Shown: positions 51,626 through 62,434, counted from the stretch's first letter. The stretch is DNA of 64,000 nucleotides from Alphaproteobacteria bacterium (GCA_964291285.2 OZ219787.1:1152001-1216000), one strand, 5' to 3'. The notes: generated from the letters alone by a model not told the origin. Translations and numbers: made by a program.

Positions 51626-53164
51626 ATGAACGGCGCGGAAAGCCTTGTCACGACGCTTGTGGGCGGCGGGGTCGATGTCTGCTTCACCAATCCCGGCACC
51701 TCGGAGATGCATTTCGTGGCGGCGCTCGACCGCGTGGACGGTATGCGCTCGGTGCTCTGCCTATTCGAGGGCGTGGTGTCGGGCGCGGCGGACGGCTACT
51801 GGCGCATGGCGCGGCGGCCGGCGGCCACCCTGCTGCATCTGGGGCCGGGGCTCGGCAATGCGGTCGCCAACCTGCACAACGCGAAGAAGGCGCATTCCGG
51901 CATCGTCAACATTGTCGGCGAGCACGCCACCTTCCACATCGAGCACGACGCGCCGTTGACGGCCGATATCGAGGGCATCGCCCGGCCCGTCTCGCACTGG
52001 GTCCGCACCTCCCGCGACTCGACTTCTGTCGCCGAGGACGGAGCGCAGGCCATCGCGGAGGCCATGGCGGCGCCGGGGCGGATCGCCACCCTGATCCTGC
52101 CGGGCGACACGGCCTGGAACGCGGCGAACGGCGTGGCCGCCGTGCCCGAGGTCGCGCCGCCCGCGAAGGTGGACGAAGCAGCCGTCGCGGCGGCGGCGGA
52201 AGCCGCGGGCGAGGGCTGCATGCTGCTGCTGAGCGGCGATGCGCTGACGGAACGCGGGCTCGTGCTCGCCGGTGCGATTGCGGCGAAGACCGGCGCGGCC
52301 CTGCTGGCCCAGACCTCCAATGCCGTGCTCCAGCGCGGGGCGGGGCGTGTGCCGGTCGGCCGGGTGCCCTTCCCGGTGCTGCAGGCGGTCGAGCAGTTGA
52401 AGGACGTGCACACGGTCCTGCTGGTGGGGGCAAAGGCGCCGGTGGCGTTCTTCGGCTATCCCGACCGCCCGAGCGTCGTGACCTCGGACGGTTGCAAAAT
52501 CCGCTGCCTCGCCGCCATCGAGGAGGACCAGCTGGACGCGCTGGAGCGGCTCGCCGAGCGCGTGTGCGCACGGGCCGAGGACGCGCCGGTGCAGCAGCCC
52601 TTCAGGCCGGACCTGCCGACGGGCGCCTTCGACCTCGACAAGCTGGCGGCCATTCTCGGCAACACCATCCCGGAGAACGCCATCTGCGTGGACGAGTCCG
52701 TGACCACCGGGCGCGGCTTCTACCCGCTGACCGCCGGCGCCCCGCCGCATGACTGGCTGCAGAACATGGGCGGCTCCATCGGCTATGGCGGCCCCTGCGC
52801 CGTGGGCGCGGCCATCGCCTGCCCGGACCGCAAGGTGCTGGCGATGATCGGCGACGGCAGCGCGATGTACACGATCCAGGCGCTCTGGACGATGGCCCGC
52901 GAGAACCTCGACATCACCGTGGTGATCTGGGCGAACCGCAGCTACCGGATACTCGTGGGCGAACTCGCCAATGTCGGCGCCGGCAATCCGGGCCGCAAGG
53001 CGCTGGACATGCTCGATATCGGCCGGCCCGACATGAACTTCGTCGACATGGCCCGCGGCATGGGCGTGGAGGGCGAGCGCGCAGAGGACTGCGAGGGCCT
53101 GATCCGGGCGCTCGGCCGCGCCAACTCCGGGCGCGGCCCGTACCTGATCGAGGCGGTTCTCTGA
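51626..53164 (+). CDS. ThDP-dependent enzyme (acetolactate synthase large subunit-like)
   Basis: NPGTSE, LFEG, GDGSAMY...N motif. Confidence 0.9.
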   Translation: MNGAESLVTTLVGGGVDVCFTNPGTSEMHFVAALDRVDGMRSVLCLFEGVVSGAADGYWRMARRPAATLLHLGPGLGNAVANLHNAKKAHSGIVNIVGEHATFHIEHDAPLTADIEGIARPVSHWVRTSRDSTSVAEDGAQAIAEAMAAPGRIATLILPGDTAWNAANGVAAVPEVAPPAKVDEAAVAAAAEAAGEGCMLLLSGDALTERGLVLAGAIAAKTGAALLAQTSNAVLQRGAGRVPVGRVPFPVLQAVEQLKDVHTVLLVGAKAPVAFFGYPDRPSVVTSDGCKIRCLAAIEEDQLDALERLAERVCARAEDAPVQQPFRPDLPTGAFDLDKLAAILGNTIPENAICVDESVTTGRGFYPLTAGAPPHDWLQNMGGSIGYGGPCAVGAAIACPDRKVLAMIGDGSAMYTIQALWTMARENLDITVVIWANRSYRILVGELANVGAGNPGRKALDMLDIGRPDMNFVDMARGMGVEGERAEDCEGLIRALGRANSGRGPYLIEAVL

Positions 53165-53212
53165 CCAAACCGTAACTGGACCGCCTCGGGGCCGGGACGC
53201 ATAATCGCCGTT

Positions 53213-55030
53213 ATGCGCACGTTTTTCCTGCTTATGCTCTGCGCGGTTCTCGTCCCGGCGGGCGGCCGCGCGGAGACGGGCCACCGCACCCACGCCATCG
53301 CCATGCACGGCGAGCCGAAATACAAGGCCGGTTTCCCCCATTTCGACTATGTGAACCCGGAGGCGCCCAAGGGCGGTGCAATCCGGTTCGGCGTGCAGGG
53401 CAGCTTCGACAGCTTCAACCCCTATAACGGCAAGGGCAACGCCGCCGGCATGGCCAATCCGGTCGAGACGCTGCTGACGGGCAGCGCCGACGAGCCGTTC
53501 ACCGAATACGGCTTGATCGCCGAGAGCATGGAATGGCCGGAGGACCGGTCCTGGGTCGTCTTCCACCTGCGCGAGGAGGCGCGCTGGCACGATGGCAGGC
53601 CGATCACGGTCGAGGACGTGATCTTTTCGCTGGAACTGCTGAAGACCCAGGGCGAGCCGTTCTACCGCCACTATTACCGCGATGTCGGGAAGGGCGAGAA
53701 AGTGGGGCCGCGGAGCGTCCGGTTCCGGTTCTCGGGCGGCTCGAACCGCGAATTGCCGCTGATCGTCGGCCAGATACCCATTCTGCCGAAGCATTACTGG
53801 GAAGGCCGCGACTTCCAGGCCACGACGCTCGACCCGCCGCTCGGCAGCGGCCCCTACCGCGTCGCGGCCTTCGAGACCGGGCGCTACCTGGAGCTGGAGC
53901 GGGTCGAAGACTATTGGGGCCGCAACCTGCCGGTGCGGCGCGGCACGGGCAATTTCGACCGCATCCGCTACGAGTATTACCGCGACCCGACGGCCATCCG
54001 CGAAGCGCTCAAGGCGGGCGACATCGACTACCGGCAGGAGAACATCTCCAAGTCGTGGGCCACGGAATACGACATCGAGCCGGTGCGGAAGGGATGGCTG
54101 AAGAAGGAGAGCATCGGGCACGGGCGCGTCGCCGGGATGCAGGCCTTCGTCTTCAACGCCCGGCGCGACATCTTCAAGGACCGGCGGGTGCGGCGCGCGC
54201 TCGGCTACGCCTTCGATTTCGAATGGTCGAACCGGACGCTCTTCTACGGCATCTACAAGCGCACGGACAGCTATTTCGACAACTCCGAACTCGCCTCGTC
54301 GGGTGTGCCCCGGGGTCGAGAGCTGGAGCTTCTGGAACCTTACCGTGCGAGCCTTCCGCCGGAGGTGTTCGCCGAGCCGTTCGAGCTGCCGAAGACCGAC
54401 GGGCAGGGCTGGCCGCGCGGGAACTACCGCACCGCGCTGCGCCTGCTGAAGGCGGCCGGGTGGGAACTCAGGGATCTGCAATTGGTCCATGGGGAAACCG
54501 GGAAGCCGATGGCGTTCGAGATATTGCTGCGCAACCCGGCCTTCGAGCGCGTGTTCCTGCCCTTTGCGCGCAACCTGAAACGGCTCGGCGTCGAGGCCCG
54601 CATCCGCCTGGTGGACCCCTCGCAATATTCGCAGCGTGTGCGCGGGCGCGATTTCGACATGATCGTCGGCGGCTGGGGCCAGAGCCATTCGCCGGGCAAC
54701 GAGCAGCGGGACTATTGGGGCTCCGCCGCCGCCGACCAGTTCGCCAGCCGCAATCCCGCCGGCATCGCCGACCCGGTGGTGGACGCGCTGGTGGAGAGCC
54801 TGATCGCCGCTCCCGACCGGGAGGAGCTGGTCTACCGCACGAGGGCGCTCGACCGGGTCCTGCTGCACGGCTACTGGATCGTCCCCAACTGGCACACCTC
54901 CGCCGACCGCGTGCTCTACTGGGACAAATTCGGGCGGCCGCCGACCGTGCCGATGGACGGCGTGAACACGAACCGCTGGTGGTTCAACCCCGCGAAGGCC
55001 GCCGCTCTCGAGGCGGCGCGCGGCGGCTGA
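53213..55030 (+). CDS. yejA: Peptide ABC transporter substrate-binding protein
   Basis: HAIAMHGEPKY..FPHFDYVNPEAPKGG, PLGSGPY, RALDRVL. Confidence 0.9.
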   Translation: MRTFFLLMLCAVLVPAGGRAETGHRTHAIAMHGEPKYKAGFPHFDYVNPEAPKGGAIRFGVQGSFDSFNPYNGKGNAAGMANPVETLLTGSADEPFTEYGLIAESMEWPEDRSWVVFHLREEARWHDGRPITVEDVIFSLELLKTQGEPFYRHYYRDVGKGEKVGPRSVRFRFSGGSNRELPLIVGQIPILPKHYWEGRDFQATTLDPPLGSGPYRVAAFETGRYLELERVEDYWGRNLPVRRGTGNFDRIRYEYYRDPTAIREALKAGDIDYRQENISKSWATEYDIEPVRKGWLKKESIGHGRVAGMQAFVFNARRDIFKDRRVRRALGYAFDFEWSNRTLFYGIYKRTDSYFDNSELASSGVPRGRELELLEPYRASLPPEVFAEPFELPKTDGQGWPRGNYRTALRLLKAAGWELRDLQLVHGETGKPMAFEILLRNPAFERVFLPFARNLKRLGVEARIRLVDPSQYSQRVRGRDFDMIVGGWGQSHSPGNEQRDYWGSAAADQFASRNPAGIADPVVDALVESLIAAPDREELVYRTRALDRVLLHGYWIVPNWHTSADRVLYWDKFGRPPTVPMDGVNTNRWWFNPAKAAALEAARGG

Positions 55031-55951
55031 CCGCCGGCCGATGGCAGCATACATCCTGCGCCGCCTGGCGCTGATGGCGCCGACCTTCCTCGGCATCATC
55101 CTCATCAATTTCGTCGTCATCCAGTTCGCCCCCGGCGGACCGGTGGACCAGGCGATCGCGCAGCTGGAGGGTTATGGCGACGCGGCGATCGAGCGCGTGA
55201 CGCGCGGCGGGGCAGAGATCGTGCGCAGCGCGGAGAGCTCCGACAGCCGCTACCGGGGCGCGCAGGGCCTCGACCCGGCCTACATCGCCGAACTGGAGAA
55301 GCGTTTCGGCTTCGACAGGCCGGTGTATGAGCGCTTCTTCAAGATGGTCGGCGACTATCTAAGCTTCGACTTCGGCGAGAGCTATTTCCGCGACGAGCGC
55401 GTGGTGGACCTCGTGCTGGAGAAGATGCCGGTCTCGATCTCGCTCGGCCTCTGGACGACGCTGCTGGTCTATCTCATCTCGATCCCGCTCGGCGTCGCCA
55501 AGGCGGTGCGCGACGGCTCGCGCTTCGACGTCTGGACGAGCGCGGTGGTCGTGTTCGGCAACGCCATCCCGTCATTCATCTTCGCGGTCATGCTGCTGGT
55601 GCTGTTCGCCGGCGGCAGCTATCTCGACTGGTTCCCGCTGAAGGGCCTGACCTCCGAGGGGGCCGAAAACTGGCCCTGGTATGCGCAGGTCGCCGACTAT
55701 TTCTGGCACCTGGCCCTGCCCGTTACGGCGATGGTCGTGGGTGGCTTCGCGACGCTCACCCTGCTCACCAAGAACTCCTTCCTCGACCAGATCGGCCAGC
55801 AATATGTGCTGACCGCGCGGGCCAAGGGCCTGACCGCGCGCCGGGTGCTCTACGGCCACGTCTTCCGCAAGGGGATTATAGGGCTAGCTAGCCAAAAGTG
55901 TTGACATTCGCCGGACCTTCTGTCAGATTGGCAGCGTCGATGGAGGCAGAC

Positions 55952-56902
55952 ATGGCAAACTCTCCCGGAAAGTCATACCGCAAGGGCATCAGCCTGATTG
56001 AACTGGCCGAGATGTTCCCGGATGAGGACGCGGCCAAGCGGTGGTTCGAGGAACAGCGCTGGCCGGATGGAGTGCGGTGCGCGCACTGCCAGTCCGACCG
56101 GGTTTCGGCCTGCAAGGACGCGAAGCCCATGCCCTACCGCTGCAAGGACTGCCGGAAGCATTTCAGCGTCCGCACCAAGTCGGTCATGGCCGAGTCGCCC
56201 TTGCCGCTCCGCAAGTGGGCGTTCGCCATCTACCTTTGCGCCACGAACCTCAAGGGCGTGTCGAGCATGAAGCTCCACCGCGACCTGAAAATCGCGCAAT
56301 CGTCGGCATGGTTCGTCGCGCATCGCATCCGCGAAGCACTGGACGGCGATTACGGCCTGCTTGCCGGGCCGGTGGAGGTCGATGAGACCTACATGGGCGG
56401 CAAGCGCAAGAACATGCCGGCGCGCAAGCGCAAGGCGCTGCAAGAGGCCGGAGCGGGCCGGGGAACGGTCGGCAAGGCCATCGTCGCCGGGGCGAAGGAT
56501 CGGGAGACGGGCAAGGTATCGGCCCGCGTCATTGAGGATACGACCAAGCCGACGCTGCAAGGCTTCGTCCGCGACACCGCCGCGCCGGGCGCAACGCTCT
56601 ACACGGATGAGCATGGCAGCTACACCGGAATGCCGGAATACGCGCATGAAGCGGTCAATCATGGCGTCGGCGAGTATGTCCGGGAGATGGCGCATGTGAA
56701 CGGCATGGAATCTTTCTGGAGCATGTTGAAGCGGGGCTATCAGGGAACCTTCCACCACTTCTCCGCGAAGCACCTGCAACGCTATGTCAACGAGTTTGCG
56801 ACCCGGCAGGGTCTCCGCCCGCACGACACGGAAGCGATGATGGGCGAGATTGCCGCCCGGATGATCGGCCGCCGCCTCACCTATGCGCGGTTGACCTCGT
56901 GA
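55952..56902 (+). CDS. IS1595 transposase
   Basis: Zn ribbon CAHC/CKDC, VEVDETY, LYTDE, NGMESFWS. Confidence 0.94.
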   Translation: MANSPGKSYRKGISLIELAEMFPDEDAAKRWFEEQRWPDGVRCAHCQSDRVSACKDAKPMPYRCKDCRKHFSVRTKSVMAESPLPLRKWAFAIYLCATNLKGVSSMKLHRDLKIAQSSAWFVAHRIREALDGDYGLLAGPVEVDETYMGGKRKNMPARKRKALQEAGAGRGTVGKAIVAGAKDRETGKVSARVIEDTTKPTLQGFVRDTAAPGATLYTDEHGSYTGMPEYAHEAVNHGVGEYVREMAHVNGMESFWSMLKRGYQGTFHHFSAKHLQRYVNEFATRQGLRPHDTEAMMGEIAARMIGRRLTYARLTS

Positions 56903-57843
56903 GCGCCGTTGTCACGGTCCCTCCGACCGACAAGACACCGGAGGAAATCGCTCAAACGCTCTTCCACGGGCAGAACCGCGCCCGGACGACCTTGTATCCC
57001 GGCGACTGCCGTGAAGTGCTGGCGGACATGGCGGATGAGAGCGTTCACCTTGTCCTCACGGACCCGCCCTATTTTCTCGACCGGCTGGATGACGGCTGGT
57101 GCCCGGATGACATCGAGCGGTCCAAGCGGAACGCCGACGTCGTGGGTGGCCTGCCTATCGGTATGCGCTTCGACCGGGAGCAAGCGAAGAACCTGCAAGC
57201 GTTTCTGGAGCCCGTCGCGGTCGAGCTTCTGCGCGTCCTGAAACCGGGCGGGTTCCTTCTGCTGTTCGCCGCGCCACGCCTCTACCACCGCGCCGCCGTT
57301 GCAATAGAGGACGCGGGCTTTGAGGTCCGGGACGCCTTCGCATGGCACTTCACGAAAAAGGCGCAGTTCAAGGCGTTCACGATGGACCATTTCGTCAAGC
57401 GTCGGGCCGACATGACGGCGGCACAGAAAGCCGACGCGCTTAAGTCGCTGGACGGGCGCCGGACCCCGCAGCTCCGCCCGCAGTTCGAGGCGATCCTATT
57501 CGCACAGAAGCCCCGAGAAGGGACTTTCGTCGATAACTGGCTGGCGCACGAGACCGGCCTTATCGACCCGCGCCACAGCCTGACGGCGCGCGTTCCTGAA
57601 ACCGTCATGACGGTCGAGAAGGAAGCGAAGGGACGCTTCAACGGGCATCTGACGCCGAAGCCGGTCAAGCTCTGCGAGCATCTCATCCGGCTGTTCTCTG
57701 CCGAGGGCCAGACCGTGCTTGACCCGTTTGTTGGCTCTGGCACGACATGCCTTGCCGCGCGTCGGACCAAGCGCCGAAGCATCGGCATCGACATCAACCC
57801 CGCCTACATCGACATCGCCCGCAAGCGGCTGGAGTCGCGGTGA
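56899..57843 (+). CDS. Beta-class N6A/N4C DNA methyltransferase
   Basis: TDPPY precedes HLTPKP and VLDPFVGSGTT. Confidence 0.92.
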   Translation: MSAVVTVPPTDKTPEEIAQTLFHGQNRARTTLYPGDCREVLADMADESVHLVLTDPPYFLDRLDDGWCPDDIERSKRNADVVGGLPIGMRFDREQAKNLQAFLEPVAVELLRVLKPGGFLLLFAAPRLYHRAAVAIEDAGFEVRDAFAWHFTKKAQFKAFTMDHFVKRRADMTAAQKADALKSLDGRRTPQLRPQFEAILFAQKPREGTFVDNWLAHETGLIDPRHSLTARVPETVMTVEKEAKGRFNGHLTPKPVKLCEHLIRLFSAEGQTVLDPFVGSGTTCLAARRTKRRSIGIDINPAYIDIARKRLESR

Positions 57844-58427
57844 TGGCCGTCCCTCCGCTGGAGAAGCGCCACGGGCACCGGGGCGTTGCTCATCTGCGCG
57901 TCGCGGTCATGGAGGTCCTGTATGCCGCGAAGAAGGCCGGAGAGTGCCTTGGAGCGGCTGGCATAGGCCGTCGAGCGGGCATCTTCCGTGAACCCGGCTA
58001 TGCGGTGAAGCAGGGCAACGACTACATCGTGACGGGCGTCCTCAACTCCCTGGTCAAGGACCGGCTGCTGACGAAATGCACCCAGGCCAACAGGCGGCCG
58101 GGTTGGGAGCTTACCGACGCAGCGTTTCAGCGTCGGGATCAGGAAGTCACGGAAATGCCGGATTGGGGCGGCGACAAGCGCATCATCGACGCCTACCGGC
58201 TGAAGCAATGGGGATTCTGCCCCGGCTGCCTTGCGGTGTTGCCGGAGCGCCCCGACGTCGACCATATCCGGGCGAAGGCGCGAGGCGGTTCAGACGAGGC
58301 GGAGAACAAGCAATTGCTCTGCCCGAACTGCAACCGCCGGCGCGGTGCTAAGCCGTTCGCGCAATTCCTCGCCGAGCGGCTGGAGGACGGAAACGAGTGG
58401 ACCGATTACGAGCCAGAGGATGGCTAG
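57843..58427 (+). CDS. HNH endonuclease with N-terminal putative wHTH
   Basis: CPGC...[14 protein letters not shown]...[14 protein letters not shown]; stop lies in the right IR. Confidence 0.82.
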   Translation: MAVPPLEKRHGHRGVAHLRVAVMEVLYAAKKAGECLGAAGIGRRAGIFREPGYAVKQGNDYIVTGVLNSLVKDRLLTKCTQANRRPGWELTDAAFQRRDQEVTEMPDWGGDKRIIDAYRLKQWGFCPGCLAVLPERPDVDHIRAKARGGSDEAENKQLLCPNCNRRRGAKPFAQFLAERLEDGNEWTDYEPEDG

Positions 58428-58720
58428 CCAACCCTATAATCCCCTTCCGCAACGCCATGCTGATCGTCATCGCCGGCTTTCCGGCGGCGTTCGTGGGCGT
58501 GCTGTTCACCGGCGCGGTGCTGATCGAGACGATCTTCTCGCTGGACGGGCTCGGCCTGCTCGGCTTCGAGGCGGCGCTCAACCGCGACTACCCCATCATG
58601 TTCGCCTCGCTCTGGTTCTTCACCCTCCTCGGCCTCGTCATGCAGCTCATCGGCGACCTCACCTACATGCTGGTGGACCCGCGCATCGACTTCGAGACGC
58701 GGCAGGTCTGAGCGGTGCCC

Positions 58721-59743
58721 ATGAGTCCGCTCGCGCGCCGGCGCCTTGCCAATTTCCGGGCCAACCGGCGGGGCTGGTGGTCGCTGTGGATTTTCCTGGT
58801 CCTGTTCGTCCTCTCGCTCGGCGCCGAGTTCATCGCCAACGACAAGCCCTTCATCGTCTTCTATGACGGCGGGCTCTACATGCCGGTGTTCGAGCGCTAT
58901 CCGGAGACCGTCTTCGGCGGCGAGTTCGGGACCGAGGCCGACTACCGCGACCCCTATGTCCGCGAGCTGATCGCGGAGAAGGGCTGGATGCTGGACCCGC
59001 TCATCCCCTACGATTACCGCACCGTCGCCTGGGATCTGGCCACGCCCGCGCCGTCTGCGCCCGATGCGGAGCACTGGCTCGGCACCGACGACCAGGCCCG
59101 CGATGTCGTGGCCCGCCTGATATACGGGTTCCGCATCTCGGTGCTGTTCGGGCTCACGCTCACGCTCTTCAGCAGCGTCGTCGGCGTGGCGGCCGGGGCC
59201 GTGCAGGGCTATTTCGGCGGCTGGACCGACCTGATCGGCCAGCGCATGATCGAAATCTGGGGCAGCATGCCGACGCTCTACCTGCTCATCATCCTCGCCA
59301 GCACGATCACGCCGACCTTCTGGTGGCTGCTCGGGCTGCTGCTGCTCTTCTCCTGGATCGCGCTCGTCGGGCTGGTGCGCGCCGAGTTCCTGCGCGCGCG
59401 CAATTTCGACTATGTGCGCGCCGCCCGCGCGCTCGGCGTCTCCAATGCCGTGGTCATCTTCCGTCATGTGCTGCCGAACGCCATGGTGGCCACGATCACC
59501 TTCCTGCCCTTCGTGCTGATCGGCGCCATCACCTCGCTGACAGGGCTCGACTTCCTGGGCTTCGGCCTGCCGGTCGGCTCCGCCTCACTCGGCGAGCTGC
59601 TGGCGCAGGGCAAGGCCAATCTCCAGGCGCCCTGGCTCGGCCTCACGGCCTTCTTCTCGCTCGCCGTGTTGCTCTCGCTGCTGGTGTTCATCGGCGAGGC
59701 GGTGCGCGACGCCTTCGACCCGCGCAAGGGACTCATGGGATGA
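58721..59743 (+). CDS. yejE: Peptide ABC permease
   Basis: AEFIANDKP, LGTDDQARD, RAARALG, AFDPRK. Confidence 0.92.
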   Translation: MSPLARRRLANFRANRRGWWSLWIFLVLFVLSLGAEFIANDKPFIVFYDGGLYMPVFERYPETVFGGEFGTEADYRDPYVRELIAEKGWMLDPLIPYDYRTVAWDLATPAPSAPDAEHWLGTDDQARDVVARLIYGFRISVLFGLTLTLFSSVVGVAAGAVQGYFGGWTDLIGQRMIEIWGSMPTLYLLIILASTITPTFWWLLGLLLLFSWIALVGLVRAEFLRARNFDYVRAARALGVSNAVVIFRHVLPNAMVATITFLPFVLIGAITSLTGLDFLGFGLPVGSASLGELLAQGKANLQAPWLGLTAFFSLAVLLSLLVFIGEAVRDAFDPRKGLMG

Positions 59744-61353
59744 CCGCGCTGCTTGCAGTCGAAGACCTCCGGGTCGATTTCCAGAGCCATGAGACGGAAG
59801 TCCACGCCGTGCGCGGCCTCTCCTTCGACATCGGGCGCGGCGAGACCCTGGCGCTGGTCGGCGAAAGCGGCTCCGGCAAGTCGGTGACGGCGCTCTCCCT
59901 GCTCCAGCTTTTGCCCTATCCCGCGGCGTCGCACCCCTCGGGGCGCATCCGCTTCGACGGCGAGGAGCTCATGGGCGCGGGCGAGGACGTCATGCGCCGG
60001 GTGCGCGGCAACCGCATCGCCATGATCTTCCAGGAGCCGATGACCTCCCTCAACCCGCTGCACACGGTCTCCCGGCAGGTGAGCGAGACGCTGTTCCTGC
60101 ACAAGGGCCTCTCCCGCGAGCGGGCCAGGGCGGAGACGCTGAAGCTGCTGCGCGAGGTGGGCCTGCGCGACCCCGAGCAGCGGCTCGACAGCTATCCGCA
60201 CCAGCTTTCCGGCGGCCAGCGCCAGCGGGTGATGATCGCCATGGCGCTCGCCAACGAGCCGGACCTGCTGATCGCCGACGAGCCGACCACCGCGCTCGAT
60301 GTCACGATCCAGGCCCAGATCCTCGACCTGCTGAAACGCCTCCAGGCCGAGCGCGGCATGGCGCTGCTGCTCATCACCCACAATCTCGCCATCGTGCGCA
60401 AGATGGCCGACCGGGTCTGCGTGATGACGGAAGGCGAGATCGTCGAGCGCGGCACACGGGACGATATCTTCGAGCGCGCGCGCCATGCCTACACGCAGCG
60501 CCTGCTCGCCGCCGAGCCCAAGGGCGAGCCGCCGCCCGCCCCGGAAGGCGCGGAGGAAGTCATCCGGGGCGAAGACGTGCGGGTCTGGTTCCCCGTCAAG
60601 CGCGGCGCCCTCAGGCGCACGGTCGGCCATATCAAGGCGGTGGACGGCATATCCTGCACCATCCGCGAAGGCCGCACGGTCGGCGTGGTCGGCGAGAGCG
60701 GCTCCGGCAAGACGACGCTCGGGCTGGCGCTCTTGCGCCTCGAACGTTCGCGCGGCGCCATCGTCTTCGGCGGCAGGCCGATCCACGGCGAGGGCTGGAA
60801 GGCGCTCCGCCCGCTCCGGCGCGAAATGCAGATCGTCTTCCAGGACCCCTACGGCTCGCTCTCGCCCCGACTCACGGTCGGCCAGATCGTCGGCGAGGGG
60901 CTGGCCGTCCACGATATCGGCGGCGGCACGGCCGCGCGCAGGCAGGCCGTCGAGGAGGCGCTGGAGGAGGTGGGCCTCGAAGCCCGGATGGCGGACCGCT
61001 ACCCGCACGAGTTCTCCGGCGGCCAGCGCCAGCGCATCGCGATCGCGCGCGCCATGGTGCTGAAGCCGCGTTTCGTGGTGCTGGACGAGCCGACCTCGGC
61101 GCTCGACATGTCGGTGCAGGCGCAGATCGTGGACCTGCTGCGCGACCTCCAGGTCCGCCACGGCCTCGCCTACCTGTTCATCAGCCACGACCTCAAGGTC
61201 GTGCGCGCGCTGGCCGACGAACTGATCGTGATGCGCGAGGGCAGGGTGGTGGAGCAGGGCCCGGCCCGCACTGTCTTCGAATCCCCCCGCGACGACTACA
61301 CCAAAGCCCTCCTCGCCGCCGCCTTCGACCTGGAAGCGCGGGAGGCGGAGTAG
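59740..61353 (+). CDS. yejF: Dual-domain ABC ATPase
   Basis: Two GESGSGK / SGGQRQR / DEPT sets. Confidence 0.92.
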   Translation: MTALLAVEDLRVDFQSHETEVHAVRGLSFDIGRGETLALVGESGSGKSVTALSLLQLLPYPAASHPSGRIRFDGEELMGAGEDVMRRVRGNRIAMIFQEPMTSLNPLHTVSRQVSETLFLHKGLSRERARAETLKLLREVGLRDPEQRLDSYPHQLSGGQRQRVMIAMALANEPDLLIADEPTTALDVTIQAQILDLLKRLQAERGMALLLITHNLAIVRKMADRVCVMTEGEIVERGTRDDIFERARHAYTQRLLAAEPKGEPPPAPEGAEEVIRGEDVRVWFPVKRGALRRTVGHIKAVDGISCTIREGRTVGVVGESGSGKTTLGLALLRLERSRGAIVFGGRPIHGEGWKALRPLRREMQIVFQDPYGSLSPRLTVGQIVGEGLAVHDIGGGTAARRQAVEEALEEVGLEARMADRYPHEFSGGQRQRIAIARAMVLKPRFVVLDEPTSALDMSVQAQIVDLLRDLQVRHGLAYLFISHDLKVVRALADELIVMREGRVVEQGPARTVFESPRDDYTKALLAAAFDLEAREAE

Positions 61354-61408
61354 GACGGCGCTCATGGCGGGGTTCCGACCGGGGCGGTGCAGCGCGGCTG
61401 CCGGGCCA

Positions 61409-61476
61409 TGTCGCGATGTGTCATGAGATGTCATGTTTTGTCATGAGGCCTGCCGGAAATGTCATGTTTTGTCATG
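61409..61476. repeat. Phased TGTCATG heptamer array
   Basis: TGTCATG at 61419, 61429, 61439, 61460, 61470; degenerate copy at 61409. Confidence 0.85.
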
Positions 61477-61496
61477 GTCCGCCGGCCTCCCCTTTT

Positions 61497-61590
61497 CGTC
61501 GTCCCGGACTCGATCCAAGGCCCTTTGCGGCAGGGGCGGCGTGCAGGCGTCGAGGTCCCGGCTCTTCGCTCTGCTCCGGCCGGGACGGCG
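61497..61590. repeat. REP-like palindromic element
   Basis: CGTCGTCCCGG ... CCGGGACGGCG arms. Confidence 0.55.
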
Positions 61591-61829
61591 ATGGTGGGCG
61601 TCTTGCTCATCGATCCTCCTTGATCCTTTCCACTCCTCCCGCCGCCGTCCTGCTTGCGGCGGGTCCCTGTTTCGCGCGTATCGCGTACGGGCGCGGGCGC
61701 GTGTCGGCGCCGGCGCGGTTCGCGCGCCTGATTGCGCGCGCGAGGCGGCGGACGCACTTCGCCCGTCGGTTCCGCACCGGATTTTCGAAACTGGGGAAAG
61801 CGGCCCCGGAAGCCCCTTCCCTCGATGAC

Positions 61830-61857
61830 AGATTACCATACTTTATCTCGATGTCAA
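61830..61857 (-). promoter_or_regulatory. sigma70-like promoter pointing toward the yejF 3' end
   Basis: Minus strand TTGACA-N16-TAATCT with TG extension, preceded by an A-tract. Confidence 0.55.
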
Positions 61858-61986
61858 ATTTTTTTGGGGAAAAATATCCACAATATTGAACAAATCAGGC
61901 TATCGATCTGTGGAAAACCATCCATGAGGGCGTCCGGCTTTCGGAGTATGCGGCCTCAGCCACTGCGGCCGCCGTGCGTGTAGCCG

Positions 61987-62234
61987 CGGATGGCGGGCTG
62001 CTATCCGCACGAGTTCTCCGGCGGCCCGCGTCAGTGCATCGCCTGTCTGTTCATCAATCGCGACCTCAAGGTCGTGCGCGCGCTGGCCGAGGAGTTGATC
62101 GTGATGCGCGAGGGCCGGGTGGTGGAGCAGGGTCCGGCCCGCACCGTCTTCGAGGCCCCCCGCGACGACTACACCAGGGCCCTCCTCGCCGCCGCCTTCG
62201 ACCTTGAAGCGCGCGAGCCGGGATAGGGCGGCGC
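61987..62234 (+). pseudogene. Degenerate duplicate of the yejF 3' end
   Basis: Aligns to ~60985-61361 with an internal deletion of the Walker B segment. Confidence 0.88.
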
Positions 62235-62269
62235 ATCTGCAAGGACGCCGCTACACTTCTCGAAGACTT

Positions 62270-62434
62270 CTGGGGCCAAGCAAGTCGAACCTGTCGCGCA
62301 CCCTCAAGACGATGTCGCGCTACGGCCTGGTGGAGTTGGCGGCGGGACGGCGCGGCGCGCTCGTCCCGCGTGTGCCCTACGACCGGGTGAGTCTGGACCT
62401 GCCGCTGACGACCTCGCCGCGCGAGGCTGCATAA
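62270..62434 (+). pseudogene. C-terminal remnant of an HTH regulator/antitoxin
   Basis: KSNLSRTLKTMSRYGLVEL...LVPRVPYDRVSLDLPL; no plausible start. Confidence 0.55.

Larger units (their letters stand above)
55871..58444 (+). mobile_element. IS1595-family element with two passenger genes
   Basis: 24-bp IRs GGGGATTATAGGG(C/T)T(A/G)GCTAGCCA (22/24); 8-bp TSD TTCCGCAA (55863-70, 58445-52). Confidence 0.95.
55041..58711 (+). pseudogene. yejB: Peptide ABC permease YejB interrupted by IS1595
   Basis: 5' part ends TARAKGL...GHVFR; 3' part resumes [13 protein letters not shown]...DPRIDF after 58444. Confidence 0.93.

Noticed and set aside
61877-61902. LexA box near 61888
   Set aside because: Only one GAAC half-site; no partner at 7-nt spacing.
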